Positions 50,092-59,467 of a stretch of 64,000 nucleotides of DNA are shown in pieces (the first letter of the stretch is position 1; every line of letters starts with the position of its first letter). The translations under genes were made by a program, and so were the position numbers. The notes beneath the pieces were generated by a model. It did not search any database. It had not been told where the DNA came from and saw only the letters and a program-made list of their open reading frames with translations. The DNA is from a virus, in IMG/VR virus record IMGVR_UViG_3300048904_000337, positions 1-64,000 of that record; one strand, 5' to 3'.

Positions 50092-52082
50092 GTTTGTTTT
50101 GGTTGCCAGACGAAAAGGTAATTAAACCTGTCCGACGGCCAATGCCGCCTATTCCAAATACAGGCTGGAAGAACCCTGAATATTTTCCTGACTTAAGTCA
50201 GGCAAAAGCAATTGCATTGGACACGGAAACCAAAGATCCAGAGCTGCTAATTGCCGGACCGGGTTGGGGTCGTGGCCCAGACAAGGGCCATATTATTGGT
50301 ATATCCGTAGCAACTGACTGCGGGTATAAAGGCTATTTTCCAATGCGCCATGAGCTTGGCGGCAATATGGATCCAGGTGCAGTTCTTGCATGGGCACGCA
50401 AAGAACTGTCACGACCGCATCAAGTTAAAGTTGGGTTAAACCTGACTTATGATAATGGCTGGTTGAAAAATGAAGGTGTAGAAGTAGCAGGTCTAAGCTA
50501 CGACTGTGGCTTCGCAGAAGCGCTTATCGACGAATATGCCCCACAGGACCTTGAGTCGCTCGGCCAAAAATACCTTGGCATGGGTAAAGAATCCAACCTT
50601 ATGTACAAATGGTTGGCTGATGCATATGGCGGAAAAGAAAACGGCACACAAAGGGCGAATATGTACCGCTGCCCAGTTGAGCTTGCTGGCCCCTACGCAG
50701 TAAGCGATGCCATTTTACCGTTGCAGATTATCCGCAAGCAATGGGAAATAATGCAACGGGAAGGTTTGCTTGAAGTCTTCATGATGGAGACTGAACTCAT
50801 GCCGCTTATGATCGCCATGCGATTTAAAGGTGCACGAGTCGACTTGCCTTACGCCAACAAGCTACGCGACCAGCTTGAAGAGCAAAGTGGAATTATGCAA
50901 GAAGAGCTTCGTGCGCAAGTTGGCTTCCGAGTCAACGTCAACTCAGGCCCAGACTTAGCAAAAGCATTTGATAAACTCGGTTATGACTACGAAGTAACAA
51001 AAGACGGTAACCCGTCGTTTACAGCCGAGTTCTTAAAAGCACAAACCCATGGGTTGGCAAAGCATGTTATTGCCACCCGTGAAGTCATGAAGATGAAGTC
51101 AACCTTTGTTGAGGGATATATCCTCAACAAAAATATTAATGGTAGAATCCACTGCCAGTTCAAACAACTTAAAGGTGCACGAGGCGGAACAGGTAGTGGA
51201 CGCTTTTCTTCCAGTGATCCTAACCTTCAAAACATTCCAATTCGTACTAAGCTAGGCGCGCAGATTCGAGCAGCATTTGTACCTGAGCTTGGCGAGACCT
51301 GGAAGTCACTTGACTTGTCTTCCATCGAGTACCGCGTTTTGGCGCATTTCGCTGTGGGTCAAGGATCGGCTGAAGTTCGAGCGGCGTTTAACGCAGACCC
51401 AACAACCGACTTCCACCAGTTGGTTTGCGATATGATTAATGACTTGACTGGCGTTGGCATTAGCCGGAAGTCGACAAAGACTATTAACTTTGGTCTACTT
51501 TATGGAATGGGACTTGACAAGCTTGCTGCTTCGCTTATGCTTCCAGCCGATAAGGCCAAACTGTTGGTAGATTCGTATTTTGACGCTTCGCCTTATGTTC
51601 GTCAGACGCTGGAGCATTACTCCAATGAAGCAAACCGTCTTGGCTACGTTTCAACCATTATGGGCAGACGCGCTCGCTTTGATTTCTGGGTTCCTAATAA
51701 CCGCGGCGGTCGTGACAAAACTCCGCTGAAATGGGATGCTGCAGTTGCTGCTTATGGTCCGCGACTTCAGCGAGTTGGCCTGCATAAGGCAGTTAACAGA
51801 GTGCTCCAAGGTTCCGCAGCTGATGCCATGAAAATGGCAATGCTTAAATACTGGAAATCAGGGCTGTTTGACATCATGCCAATGCTACTGACGGTCCATG
51901 ATGAAACGTCTTTTAGCTTTGATGGTTCCAAGCTGCACCAAGAAGCTTTGCTTGAAGCACGTCATATGATGGAAAATCCATTCCCAATGAATATCCCATT
52001 GCTTAGCTCTTGCGATAGCGGTCCAAACTGGGGAGAAGTCGAAGAGCTGCCTTATAACGATATCTTCAGAATGGTGGCATAA
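50088..52082 (+). CDS. family A DNA polymerase with 3'-5' exonuclease domain
   Basis: ExoI ALDTETKD. Motif A LDLSSIEYRVLAHF. Motif B RKSTKTINFGLLYGMG. Motif C LLTVHDE. The TTG start overlaps the upstream stop. Confidence 0.85.
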   Translation: MSLFWLPDEKVIKPVRRPMPPIPNTGWKNPEYFPDLSQAKAIALDTETKDPELLIAGPGWGRGPDKGHIIGISVATDCGYKGYFPMRHELGGNMDPGAVLAWARKELSRPHQVKVGLNLTYDNGWLKNEGVEVAGLSYDCGFAEALIDEYAPQDLESLGQKYLGMGKESNLMYKWLADAYGGKENGTQRANMYRCPVELAGPYAVSDAILPLQIIRKQWEIMQREGLLEVFMMETELMPLMIAMRFKGARVDLPYANKLRDQLEEQSGIMQEELRAQVGFRVNVNSGPDLAKAFDKLGYDYEVTKDGNPSFTAEFLKAQTHGLAKHVIATREVMKMKSTFVEGYILNKNINGRIHCQFKQLKGARGGTGSGRFSSSDPNLQNIPIRTKLGAQIRAAFVPELGETWKSLDLSSIEYRVLAHFAVGQGSAEVRAAFNADPTTDFHQLVCDMINDLTGVGISRKSTKTINFGLLYGMGLDKLAASLMLPADKAKLLVDSYFDASPYVRQTLEHYSNEANRLGYVSTIMGRRARFDFWVPNNRGGRDKTPLKWDAAVAAYGPRLQRVGLHKAVNRVLQGSAADAMKMAMLKYWKSGLFDIMPMLLTVHDETSFSFDGSKLHQEALLEARHMMENPFPMNIPLLSSCDSGPNWGEVEELPYNDIFRMVA

Positions 52083-52099
52083 ATATAGCTAAATAGCCG

Positions 52100-52128
52100 T
52101 ATACAAGCTAGGTATGTTCACGTATAAT
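52100..52128 (+). promoter_or_regulatory. sigma70-like promoter
   Basis: TATACA, 17-nt spacer, TATAAT. Confidence 0.45.
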
Positions 52129-52161
52129 GAATGTATCAACCAAACAAAAGGAATTCAGAAA

Positions 52162-52311
52162 ATGAACCTTTATTGCGTAAAGTTTTGGAATAGTGCTGGA
52201 GAGCTGCTTGCCTCAATTGAGGTACCAGCCAAAAGTCAAAATAAGGCAAAAGTCTTGGCTTGCAAAAGTGTTACTTGCAGCTGGGTATCACAAACAGCAG
52301 AACTTTGCTAA
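52162..52311 (+). CDS. hypothetical 49-aa protein
   Basis: ORF track gives 52114..52311. ATG 52162 sits behind the AAAGGAAT RBS. Confidence 0.45.
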   Translation: MNLYCVKFWNSAGELLASIEVPAKSQNKAKVLACKSVTCSWVSQTAELC

Positions 52312-52327
52312 AAGGAAATAATCTGCT

Positions 52328-52474
52328 ATGCTTCTTCTGCTTTTGAAGAGCTTAGCATTCGTCGTGGTGGACTGGCCAACAGCAATTGTCCATAAACCAC
52401 TTGATTGCCGCAAAGCGGCAGTCCGGTTATGGCGGCAGCCATCGGATCATTGGCGAATGAGAAGCTCGGGCTAA
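52328..52474 (+). CDS. possible 48-aa hydrophobic peptide
   Basis: Not in the track. MLLLLLKSLAFVVVDWPTAIVH... sits behind AAGGAAA. Overlaps a structured RNA-like region, so coding is uncertain. Confidence 0.25.
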   Translation: MLLLLLKSLAFVVVDWPTAIVHKPLDCRKAAVRLWRQPSDHWRMRSSG

Positions 52475-52549
52475 GGTTGTTGCTGCAACCGTAAATCCCG
52501 CCAAAAAGTTTAAAACATAATTTATGCTAGTTTGTTGCAAGCAGTAAAC

Positions 52550-52576
52550 AAAGCCCGCCTCGTTGCGGGCTTTGTC
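52550..52576 (+). terminator. intrinsic terminator
   Basis: AGCCCGC-ctcgtt-GCGGGCT followed by TTGTC. Confidence 0.65.
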
Positions 52577-52604
52577 AGTAGAAGTACCTCAAAAGGAATT
52601 AATC

Positions 52605-52727
52605 ATGCTACGTAAAAACATTTGCAAGAAATGCGGAGCCATCAATGGTGGTAAAAGCAAACACAAGTGGTTTTTCAGCGAAAGCAACAAAAAGTGCTGC
52701 GGTCATTGTGGCACAGTGGATAAATAA
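52605..52727 (+). CDS. 40-aa zinc-ribbon protein (not in ORF track)
   Basis: ATG 52605 sits behind AAAAGGAATTAATC. MLRKNICKKCGAINGGKSKHKWFFSESNKKCCGHCGTVDK contains CxxC...CxxC. Confidence 0.5.
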   Translation: MLRKNICKKCGAINGGKSKHKWFFSESNKKCCGHCGTVDK

Positions 52728-52739
52728 TCGGAGCAATAC

Positions 52740-53198
52740 ATGACTGAAGCAACTGTTGTAGTTCAAAAAGCCGTAGACCAATTGCCAACTCAAGCACCTG
52801 AAAGCATTCAGGTGGTAACCGTTGTTTTTGCTGACAAGCTCGGCCAGCAAGAGTACTACTACTTTGCGCCAGCTTCTGCTCGTGCTGGTCAGTATGCAGC
52901 TGTTTACAACCAACCCGCGCACAACAGTGACGCGTTTCCATTCAAGATCGTCAAGATCGTTCGTGACAACGTAATCGACACCGAAGGCCGCGCCACCAAA
53001 TCAGTTTGGGGCTCTTTCGATGAGCAGTTTGCTCAGTCAGTACAAAAGCGCACTGAAGAACTGGCCCGTATTCGTTCTCAGCTGGCGCTTAAGCGTCGGC
53101 AGTTCGAAGAAGCCAAAATGTACGAAGTCATGGCAGCAACTGATCCTGAAGTTGCTGCTCTACTTGAAAGCCTCAAAGGCTTCAACGTAAACGTTTAA
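52740..53198 (+). CDS. hypothetical protein
   Basis: 152-aa ORF. Confidence 0.6.
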   Translation: MTEATVVVQKAVDQLPTQAPESIQVVTVVFADKLGQQEYYYFAPASARAGQYAAVYNQPAHNSDAFPFKIVKIVRDNVIDTEGRATKSVWGSFDEQFAQSVQKRTEELARIRSQLALKRRQFEEAKMYEVMAATDPEVAALLESLKGFNVNV

Positions 53199-53258
53199 CT
53201 TCTACAACCCACAGCGGGTGCGGCTATTATAGCGCATCCGCTTTGCCGTGAGCAAAAT

Positions 53259-54239
53259 ATGGAACTGTTTACCTCGCCTCCACCATTTGGGCTTAAGCCT
53301 AACCTCGCTGCAAAGTACGTAGAAGAGAAGCATAAATTCCCTTGCTACGGTTCTCCAAAAATTGACGGTATCCGAGCGCTCGGAGTTGCCGGTCAATTGC
53401 TTTCCCGTACGCTAAAACCGATTCCTAACCGTTACGTCCAGTCAGTATTTTCCAATTGCTACGGATTGGACGGCGAATTGGTAGTAGGACCTTACAACCA
53501 TCCAAATGTAATGCAAGCCACTACTTCCGGTGTCATGAAAAAATCTGGTGAACCGGACGTTACTTTTTACATTTTTGACCGATGGGACATGCCACGTCAT
53601 ACTTTCGAAGAGCGGCTTGCTTCGCTTCAAGAAGGCTGGGGCCTAACTCGTGCGGCGCCTCGAATTATTGTTCTTGAGCAAGTGCTACTTAATAATCAAG
53701 AAGAACTTGATGCATTCGAAGCCAAGTGCATCCGCAACAACTTCGAAGGCATTATCACTCGCGATCCGAAGCGCAAGTATAAGAATGGGCGATCGACAAC
53801 CAATGAAGGCGGTATGACCAAAGTCAAGCGCTTCAGTCATGGCGAAGGCTTAATCTTTGACTTTGAAGAAATGATGCATAATGACAATGAAGAGTTTGTC
53901 AATGAACTTGGCAATGTCGCTCGCTCATCACACCAGGAAAACATGGTTGGCACTGGAATGCTTGGTGCACTGTGGGTTAGCAACCCTGAGTTCGACAAGC
54001 CATTCAAAATCAGTGCCGGCTCGATGTCTCACCCACAGCGGGTATGGGCCTGGGAAAACCGTGACAAGCTGAAGAATGAAATCTGCCGATTCAGTTGGTT
54101 TAAGCATGGTACCAAAGATGTTCCACGCCATGGTATTTGGGCTGGTTTCCGCCATATGATGGACCTTGGCATTGAGCATCCGCTATACAATGAAAAATTC
54201 GCGAATATTCCAGTGACCCTAGAGTTTCCTTTGGAGTAA
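53259..54239 (+). CDS. ATP-dependent DNA ligase
   Basis: Adenylation motif I SPKIDGIRAL (KxDG), motif III-like FYIFDRW, and motif IV-like FEGIITR. Confidence 0.8.
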   Translation: MELFTSPPPFGLKPNLAAKYVEEKHKFPCYGSPKIDGIRALGVAGQLLSRTLKPIPNRYVQSVFSNCYGLDGELVVGPYNHPNVMQATTSGVMKKSGEPDVTFYIFDRWDMPRHTFEERLASLQEGWGLTRAAPRIIVLEQVLLNNQEELDAFEAKCIRNNFEGIITRDPKRKYKNGRSTTNEGGMTKVKRFSHGEGLIFDFEEMMHNDNEEFVNELGNVARSSHQENMVGTGMLGALWVSNPEFDKPFKISAGSMSHPQRVWAWENRDKLKNEICRFSWFKHGTKDVPRHGIWAGFRHMMDLGIEHPLYNEKFANIPVTLEFPLE

Positions 54240-54242
54240 GAC

Positions 54243-54578
54243 ATGAACGTAGTAGAAAATTTGCTTGTAACACTCATGGAAGAATGCTCGGAAGTAGCAA
54301 AATGCTGCTCCAAGATTTTGCGTGCTGGAACTGAACATATTCCGCCTGGCCGAGAAACAACCAACCTGCAAGAGCTCAAAGCAGAGCTGACAGATATGCA
54401 GGGCACTATTGCCGAGCTGATCCAAAATGATCTGCAGTATCTACTACTTGCAGAAGTGGATATTCGTGGAATGATGGCTAAGCAGGTAAAGCTTCGGCAT
54501 TATATCGCGGTGTCGCGTGAACGCGGATGCGTTCAAGGCAAATTGGCTTTTGACGAAGGCAATACTAATGGCAGGTAG
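54243..54578 (+). CDS. small MazG-like NTP pyrophosphohydrolase candidate
   Basis: 111 aa. LMEECSEVAK...ELTDMQGTIAEL resembles the MazG-type four-helix EExxE pattern. Confidence 0.4.
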   Translation: MNVVENLLVTLMEECSEVAKCCSKILRAGTEHIPPGRETTNLQELKAELTDMQGTIAELIQNDLQYLLLAEVDIRGMMAKQVKLRHYIAVSRERGCVQGKLAFDEGNTNGR

Positions 54579-55065
54579 TCTTACACCCGAGCGAATTGCC
54601 AGCGATTCTGAGCACAGCCAGCAAGCTGCGCTGTTTTGCTGGATCCGTCGCAAAGCGCATTATCACCCAGAGTTGGAATGGGCATTTGCAATTCCCAATG
54701 GCGGCCATCGAGACAAGATCACTGCCGGCAAGCTGAAAGCTGAAGGTGTGACTCCTGGTGTCTTCGACCTTTTCATCCCAGTCCCGAAAGGCATCCACTG
54801 TGGGTTATGGATTGAGATGAAAAAGCCAAGCGGCGGAGTAGTGTCCACTGAGCAAAAAAAGTTTGGCAAAGCTATGTGCGACCGCGGCTATTACGCGGTA
54901 GTATGTTATTCATGGGTAGATGCTGTAGCGACTATTGCAGCCTACCTGGAAATCACAACTGAGTATCCGGCTACGCTACCACCTGAGTTTTTAGCAAAGC
55001 TAAAAGCCGAGCGCGAAGCGAAGCGGGCCAACCCTATTCGGCCGAGTCAGAGGACTAAAAAATGA
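54568..55065 (+). CDS. VRR-NUC domain nuclease
   Basis: ORF track gives 54517..55065. ATG 54568 overlaps the upstream end. AIPNGGHRDKITAGKLKAEGVTPGVFDLFIP...LWIEMKKP. Confidence 0.7.
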   Translation: MAGSLTPERIASDSEHSQQAALFCWIRRKAHYHPELEWAFAIPNGGHRDKITAGKLKAEGVTPGVFDLFIPVPKGIHCGLWIEMKKPSGGVVSTEQKKFGKAMCDRGYYAVVCYSWVDAVATIAAYLEITTEYPATLPPEFLAKLKAEREAKRANPIRPSQRTKK

Positions 55066-55409
55066 AAGTAAGTATTGATACTTCTGTAAAACCAGAAAAT
55101 GTTGCTCAAGCAAATCAGGCTCAATATGCTGCACAAAATGGCAAAGTGCTTATTACGCTCGGCGATACAGGTATCATTAAAGCAGTTCCAACTGGCTTTA
55201 GTTGGACCAGCTTTTTCTTCGGTGCGCTGGTACCGATGGTCCGTGGTGATTTAGTAGTTGCCATTATTGCAGTGCTTGCATGCGTCGCAACCGGTGGCAT
55301 TGCAGCTCCATTCGTGTGGATTTATCTTGCTTGCGCGTATAATGAACGCTATTTGCTGTCTATGCTGGAAAAGGGTTGGACTATCATTAAACCAGCTGAA
55401 AAGGAATAA
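55062..55409 (+). CDS. membrane protein
   Basis: 115 aa with two TM helices (WTSFFFGALVPMV, VVAIIAVLACVATGGIAAPFVWIYLA). Confidence 0.55.
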   Translation: MKVSIDTSVKPENVAQANQAQYAAQNGKVLITLGDTGIIKAVPTGFSWTSFFFGALVPMVRGDLVVAIIAVLACVATGGIAAPFVWIYLACAYNERYLLSMLEKGWTIIKPAEKE

Positions 55410-55412
55410 GTT

Positions 55413-55724
55413 ATGGCTGGCTGCTCAATGGCGCAGCATATTGCGCGTATTGAAAGTGAAGATGGCAAAAAGTTTACTGATATTCTTTTTGAGCTGGCAG
55501 CAAGCGGCGAGAGTAAGTCATCATCTGCCGAAATACTTGATATTCCACAGACTACACTATGTAAGTGGCTAAGGAATAACCCACAGTGCATTGAGTGGCC
55601 AGCCAAAAATTCCAGCAATGGTTTTATGGAAAATGTGAGAAATAGCACGCCCGCAAGGCAGGCTGCAAGACTTATAAATCTAAAACTATCTTGCAATCAT
55701 AAGCTAAAAGAAAGCCGACCATAG
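55413..55724 (+). CDS. helix-turn-helix DNA-binding protein
   Basis: 103 aa. SSAEILDIPQTTLCKWLRN is a classical HTH. Last gene of the rightward unit. Confidence 0.5.
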   Translation: MAGCSMAQHIARIESEDGKKFTDILFELAASGESKSSSAEILDIPQTTLCKWLRNNPQCIEWPAKNSSNGFMENVRNSTPARQAARLINLKLSCNHKLKESRP

Positions 55725-55736
55725 CGTCGGCTTTAC
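55711..55736 (+). terminator. intrinsic terminator
   Basis: AAGCCGAC-catagc-GTCGGCTT followed by T. Confidence 0.6.
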
Positions 55737-55768
55737 TATCTGTATACAAGCTAAATTTACAGGTGTAA

Positions 55769-55831
55769 GGTATTTCCAGCAGGAAATACCTATCGGAAAT
55801 TAAAGCAAATTGACAGGAGTTTCCTGCTGGA
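55769..55831. promoter_or_regulatory. perfect 9-bp palindrome plus inverted 12-nt copy
   Basis: GGTATTTCC-agca-GGAAATACC (55769-55790). TTTCCTGCTGGA at 55820-55831 is the reverse complement of 55775-55786. A TTGACA box lies at 55810-55815. Confidence 0.4.
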
Positions 55832-55895
55832 CATTAAGAGTTTTTACAGACTTTAGCTCGTACAAGGCCTTTTTACTGTACTTTTTGAAACAATG

Positions 55896-55925
55896 AAAAA
55901 GCTCCTCTATCCGAGGAGCTTTCTG
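55896..55925. terminator. bidirectional terminator between convergent units
   Basis: A-run, then AGCTCCTC-tatcc-GAGGAGCT, then TTCT. Confidence 0.7.
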
Positions 55926-55951
55926 GCATTTCCTTATAGTTACTGGGCCGT

Positions 55952-56161
55952 TTATTCCGGATCTACTGGGCGCTCGCTAAGCTCCCATTCTTGGGTTGCC
56001 TCGTTAAACTTACAAATTTGTGTAGCTGGGTCAAATGGCGGTGGCTCAATAAACGTGGCATGTGCCGGGAGCAAGAATACACCAGGCTCAAGCGGAGACT
56101 CATATGCTTCACCGCTAGTAGTGTATTCAAAAGTAAATTCAGAATAGCCGTAGCAAATCAT
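55952..56161 (-). CDS. tail fibre assembly/chaperone-like protein
   Basis: 69 aa directly after the fibre gene. ...GVFLLPAHATFIEPPPFDP...W resembles Tfa N-terminal domains. Confidence 0.5.
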   Translation of the reverse strand: MICYGYSEFTFEYTTSGEAYESPLEPGVFLLPAHATFIEPPPFDPATQICKFNEATQEWELSERPVDPE

Positions 56162-56173
56162 AGCGTTTCCCTC

Positions 56174-57499
56174 TTAGAATCGAATGCACGGAAGTAGTGC
56201 AATGTTTTTGACGCGCACTTCTGTACCAGTACCTGCTACGCCTGTACTGGCACCACTCGTAGTGCCTGGTTGAATTACGTTGCTACCGGACCCAGCTACG
56301 ACAGCAGCAAGAGCGCCATACGGGTGACCGTGTGCCGGCATCTGGTCAGCCTGATAGCTACCAAACACCCGAGATGGGTCGAGGCCTCGAGTGCTATCCC
56401 AGCCTCTGAAATCAACACCGCGGCAGTCCGGGAGATTGAAAGTAGTAGACCCGTCACCAACACCAAAAGGACAAATTGTGACAGTAGTAGTAGAAGTTGC
56501 TGTAGCATTTGCAGATAGCGTAATAGTACTACCGCCAACTGCTGTAACAGTAGTGGCTGCAGGAATACCCGGCCCGCTGATTGGCATGCCAACCCACATG
56601 GAGCTAGGGCTAGCTACGCCTGTAATACTGTTACTGCCGGAGGTAACTGTACCGGCTACCGACGCAGCAATAGTAGCAAATAGCGCAGCATAGGTCGTTC
56701 GTGATACAGCTGTTCCATTCGCCGCCAAATGCGTAGCTGGCGGCGACATAGAGGCAAACCACTCAATTTTTCCTGGCTGTGCAGCAAATGCAGAAGTGGC
56801 CTGCCCAAGCGTCATTAAATGCTGGCTCTTGGTAGCAGTTGCTCCCTGAATAGCTCCACCGCTGCTACTAACAAGGGCCCAACTTGCGCCAAAGCGCATC
56901 AGCATAGTAATTCCGCCGGCAGCAACTTCTCCTCCTTGTAGTGCGATGCCTGCCCCGCCAACTACAGGCAGACTATTAAACGTCATAGGACCTGTGTTTG
57001 TGGCGATTGGGGAAAACTTGGCGATAGTTCCATCAGTGCTCGGAAGAGCTGGGAAGTATGTTGCAGTTTGGGCGTTAGCTGTACCAGCACCAACTGCGTA
57101 GTTAACTTGTACAGAGATAGGTAGCCAGCCTGCTCCACCAGTGTCCGGGTTGTTCGAGTTACCTGCTGTAGTACAAATCCACACCCCACTACCGGATGCC
57201 TGTGGGACAATTGCGCCAACTGGGTAACCACCAATAGCAGTTGCCAGCGTAGCGCTAAAAGTAGGAGTACCAATACCTGTTTGCATTTCACGCAGGGCAG
57301 TAGTAATGTCATTAAGCAGCGAGTTAAACCCTTCTCGAGAAATATTTTTTGCGTTTGGGTCAACACCAAGCTGAAGCTCATAGTCTGGCCCGTAGCCAGC
57401 AGTGTAGCTAACAGAACCATCGATCTGTGAAGCATCTGGAACAGGCGGAGTACGGTCCCCGCTTATCGCAAATGGTGTAGTAAAAAGTTTAGCCGACAT
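56174..57499 (-). CDS. tail fibre with C-terminal phage tail collar domain
   Basis: 441 aa, Gly/Ala/Thr-rich shaft. C-terminal GSTTFNLPDCRGVDFRGW...QADQMPAHGHPY is the collar-domain signature. Confidence 0.75.
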   Translation of the reverse strand: MSAKLFTTPFAISGDRTPPVPDASQIDGSVSYTAGYGPDYELQLGVDPNAKNISREGFNSLLNDITTALREMQTGIGTPTFSATLATAIGGYPVGAIVPQASGSGVWICTTAGNSNNPDTGGAGWLPISVQVNYAVGAGTANAQTATYFPALPSTDGTIAKFSPIATNTGPMTFNSLPVVGGAGIALQGGEVAAGGITMLMRFGASWALVSSSGGAIQGATATKSQHLMTLGQATSAFAAQPGKIEWFASMSPPATHLAANGTAVSRTTYAALFATIAASVAGTVTSGSNSITGVASPSSMWVGMPISGPGIPAATTVTAVGGSTITLSANATATSTTTVTICPFGVGDGSTTFNLPDCRGVDFRGWDSTRGLDPSRVFGSYQADQMPAHGHPYGALAAVVAGSGSNVIQPGTTSGASTGVAGTGTEVRVKNIALLPCIRF

Positions 57500-57503
57500 T
57501 GCT

Positions 57504-58178
57504 TTACTCCGATTGGATAATCGTTTGTACGCCGCTACCTCGCGGCAGATATTCCATCAATGCAGTCTTAAAGTTATTAGACAGCGAAAATGTAAAAATG
57601 TATTTTTGAGTCATTGGCTTAATATTAATCGCGCCTGGCGCAGCATTAAAGTTGCTTGGCGCAAAAAAGTTATTATGGTACTGTCCAAAGCCAAAAGCTG
57701 GAACGCCAAGCCCACCCACAGTCTCTTCGATATAGGCCAAGCCACTATCCGCAAATACGTCAGCCAGCATATAGTTGATATTGCTGACAGTAGTGTTCAT
57801 TGTCTGCGCGTAGTACCGAATACGCAAAAGCTTTCTTGCTTCTTCAAGCTGTAGTGCAGATGCAGCACTTGAGCCATAAAAGTTTGCAGTATCAAAATTA
57901 CTTCGGTTGGCAAAACCGAATGGCCTTGCGTCTGTTACAACACTGCCATAGACAAGTGATACAGGCACGTCAAGTATAAGTGCCCAAACGACTATACCAA
58001 ACAGATTTGCAGTGCGCAGGTTAAAAACAGAAGATTCCCATCCAGCCCAAAATCCCTTCCACTCTTTATCGTACCAGTCCTGTTTAGCCTGGGATAAACC
58101 GACTAAATTAACAGCGAGATCATACTGCCACGTTATGTTTTGAAGCAAGTCAAGCTCGTAGTTAAGCTCTTTATCCAT
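57504..58178 (-). CDS. baseplate wedge protein (DUF2612-like)
   Basis: ORF track gives 57504..58229. ATG 58176-58178 overlaps the stop of the J-like gene. Sits between the J-like gene and the fibre. Confidence 0.5.
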   Translation of the reverse strand: MDKELNYELDLLQNITWQYDLAVNLVGLSQAKQDWYDKEWKGFWAGWESSVFNLRTANLFGIVVWALILDVPVSLVYGSVVTDARPFGFANRSNFDTANFYGSSAASALQLEEARKLLRIRYYAQTMNTTVSNINYMLADVFADSGLAYIEETVGGLGVPAFGFGQYHNNFFAPSNFNAAPGAINIKPMTQKYIFTFSLSNNFKTALMEYLPRGSGVQTIIQSE

Positions 58179-59395
58179 TAGGACACCACAACTGTAATGT
58201 CGCCAGATGCGAGTGTTGCAACTTCCCACAGCGCAATCACAAGTTCATCTGTAGAGTATACTGGAGGGGTAATACCGTCGTAAAAAGCCACTTCCACTTT
58301 TCGAATAAACAAAGATGGCAATTGCGTATTAATTGCCGCAGATATTTCAAATGGACTAATATGTACACCGACTACATAGCCAGGTTCATTAGGCAATTGA
58401 CCATTTGCATACTGCAATACAGCTGTTGGAATTGCAGTAGTGGGATCTATTGAAGATCCAGCTGCCACAGTGATACGTACTACACTCCGCTTTTCAATAG
58501 GGCGGGTAAAAATAACCGGATATGGTTGGCCGCTGATCGGGTCAACAAGGCTTTGGTTGACGATAGTTCCATTGCTACTACCGCCAGTATAAGGAGAACC
58601 AGTCTGCTTGCTTGCCAAAAGAGCAAGACCAATATCTGCGTCGATACCGCCTTGAACACAAATCCAAGTGCTAGACGCTGGCATTATAACCCCATCAATT
58701 GTTGCGCCTATAGAGTTAGGGTTATCCCTGTTTTTTAAAGCCCGAACTCCATCTACTGCAGCCACATTGGAAGCAATCGCAGCTGTTTGGCCTTTACCCA
58801 TCTTGGATAAAAGAGCTACGCGCTTTGCACGAAGCTGCGAATCAGTTTCCTCAAATGAGCCCACAGTGACAGTGGCAGGGGTTGCGTCTACACCAGTCCA
58901 GCCGAAAGTGCCATCTACAATAGTAAAAGACGACAAAGTTGGGCTTAATGGACCGGCATCAATAGCCTGAAAGTCACCAATAGCAGATATAGACGGACCA
59001 ACTTCAGTGTCCATAACTAGCCTGTAATAATTACCATCCGAGTCTGCAATTCGAGAGCCAGATGGCACTACAGTATTAAATGAACCTGACATCGCCACGC
59101 CATCGAGCACGGTAAAAGTTTCACCTGACGCCCAAATATTGTGCAACCCGCAAATAGCCTTAAGAAAAGTGCCAACGCTCACTTGTGGGTTAATCATGTT
59201 AGCAGTTTCAGCAGTGAGTCCTACTACACCACTTCGCGCAGTTGTTTCAATATCAATAAGACGGCCTTGCGGTGTGTCGTCTTCAAGCAGCATAGTTGGG
59301 CCAAATTGCGCAATATACTCTGCCTGGACATCAGCCTTAAGCGTGCTAGTGTCAGGGACAACTACCCCTGTTTCTACAATGTAGTTATACGGCAT
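58178..59395 (-). CDS. baseplate J-like protein
   Basis: ORF track gives 58178..59416. ATG 59393-59395 sits behind the GGAG RBS. 405 aa. The N-terminal pattern and position match the gpJ family. Confidence 0.55.
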   Translation of the reverse strand: MPYNYIVETGVVVPDTSTLKADVQAEYIAQFGPTMLLEDDTPQGRLIDIETTARSGVVGLTAETANMINPQVSVGTFLKAICGLHNIWASGETFTVLDGVAMSGSFNTVVPSGSRIADSDGNYYRLVMDTEVGPSISAIGDFQAIDAGPLSPTLSSFTIVDGTFGWTGVDATPATVTVGSFEETDSQLRAKRVALLSKMGKGQTAAIASNVAAVDGVRALKNRDNPNSIGATIDGVIMPASSTWICVQGGIDADIGLALLASKQTGSPYTGGSSNGTIVNQSLVDPISGQPYPVIFTRPIEKRSVVRITVAAGSSIDPTTAIPTAVLQYANGQLPNEPGYVVGVHISPFEISAAINTQLPSLFIRKVEVAFYDGITPPVYSTDELVIALWEVATLASGDITVVVS

Positions 59396-59467
59396 ATAAA
59401 TCTCCAAGCAGTACACTATTTTAGCATGAGCTGGTGCACCGCGTAAATAAGAACAGTTAGCAACAAC

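Noticed and set aside
50088-54239. Introns or inteins in polymerase, ThyA-family gene or ligase
   Set aside because: The catalytic motifs occur in the normal order and spacing within single uninterrupted ORFs. No extra domains or in-frame insertions are evident.
55893-56147. 84-aa + strand ORF (MKKLLYPRSF...)
   Set aside because: It starts inside the bidirectional terminator and is antisense to the tail-fibre-assembly gene. No RBS.
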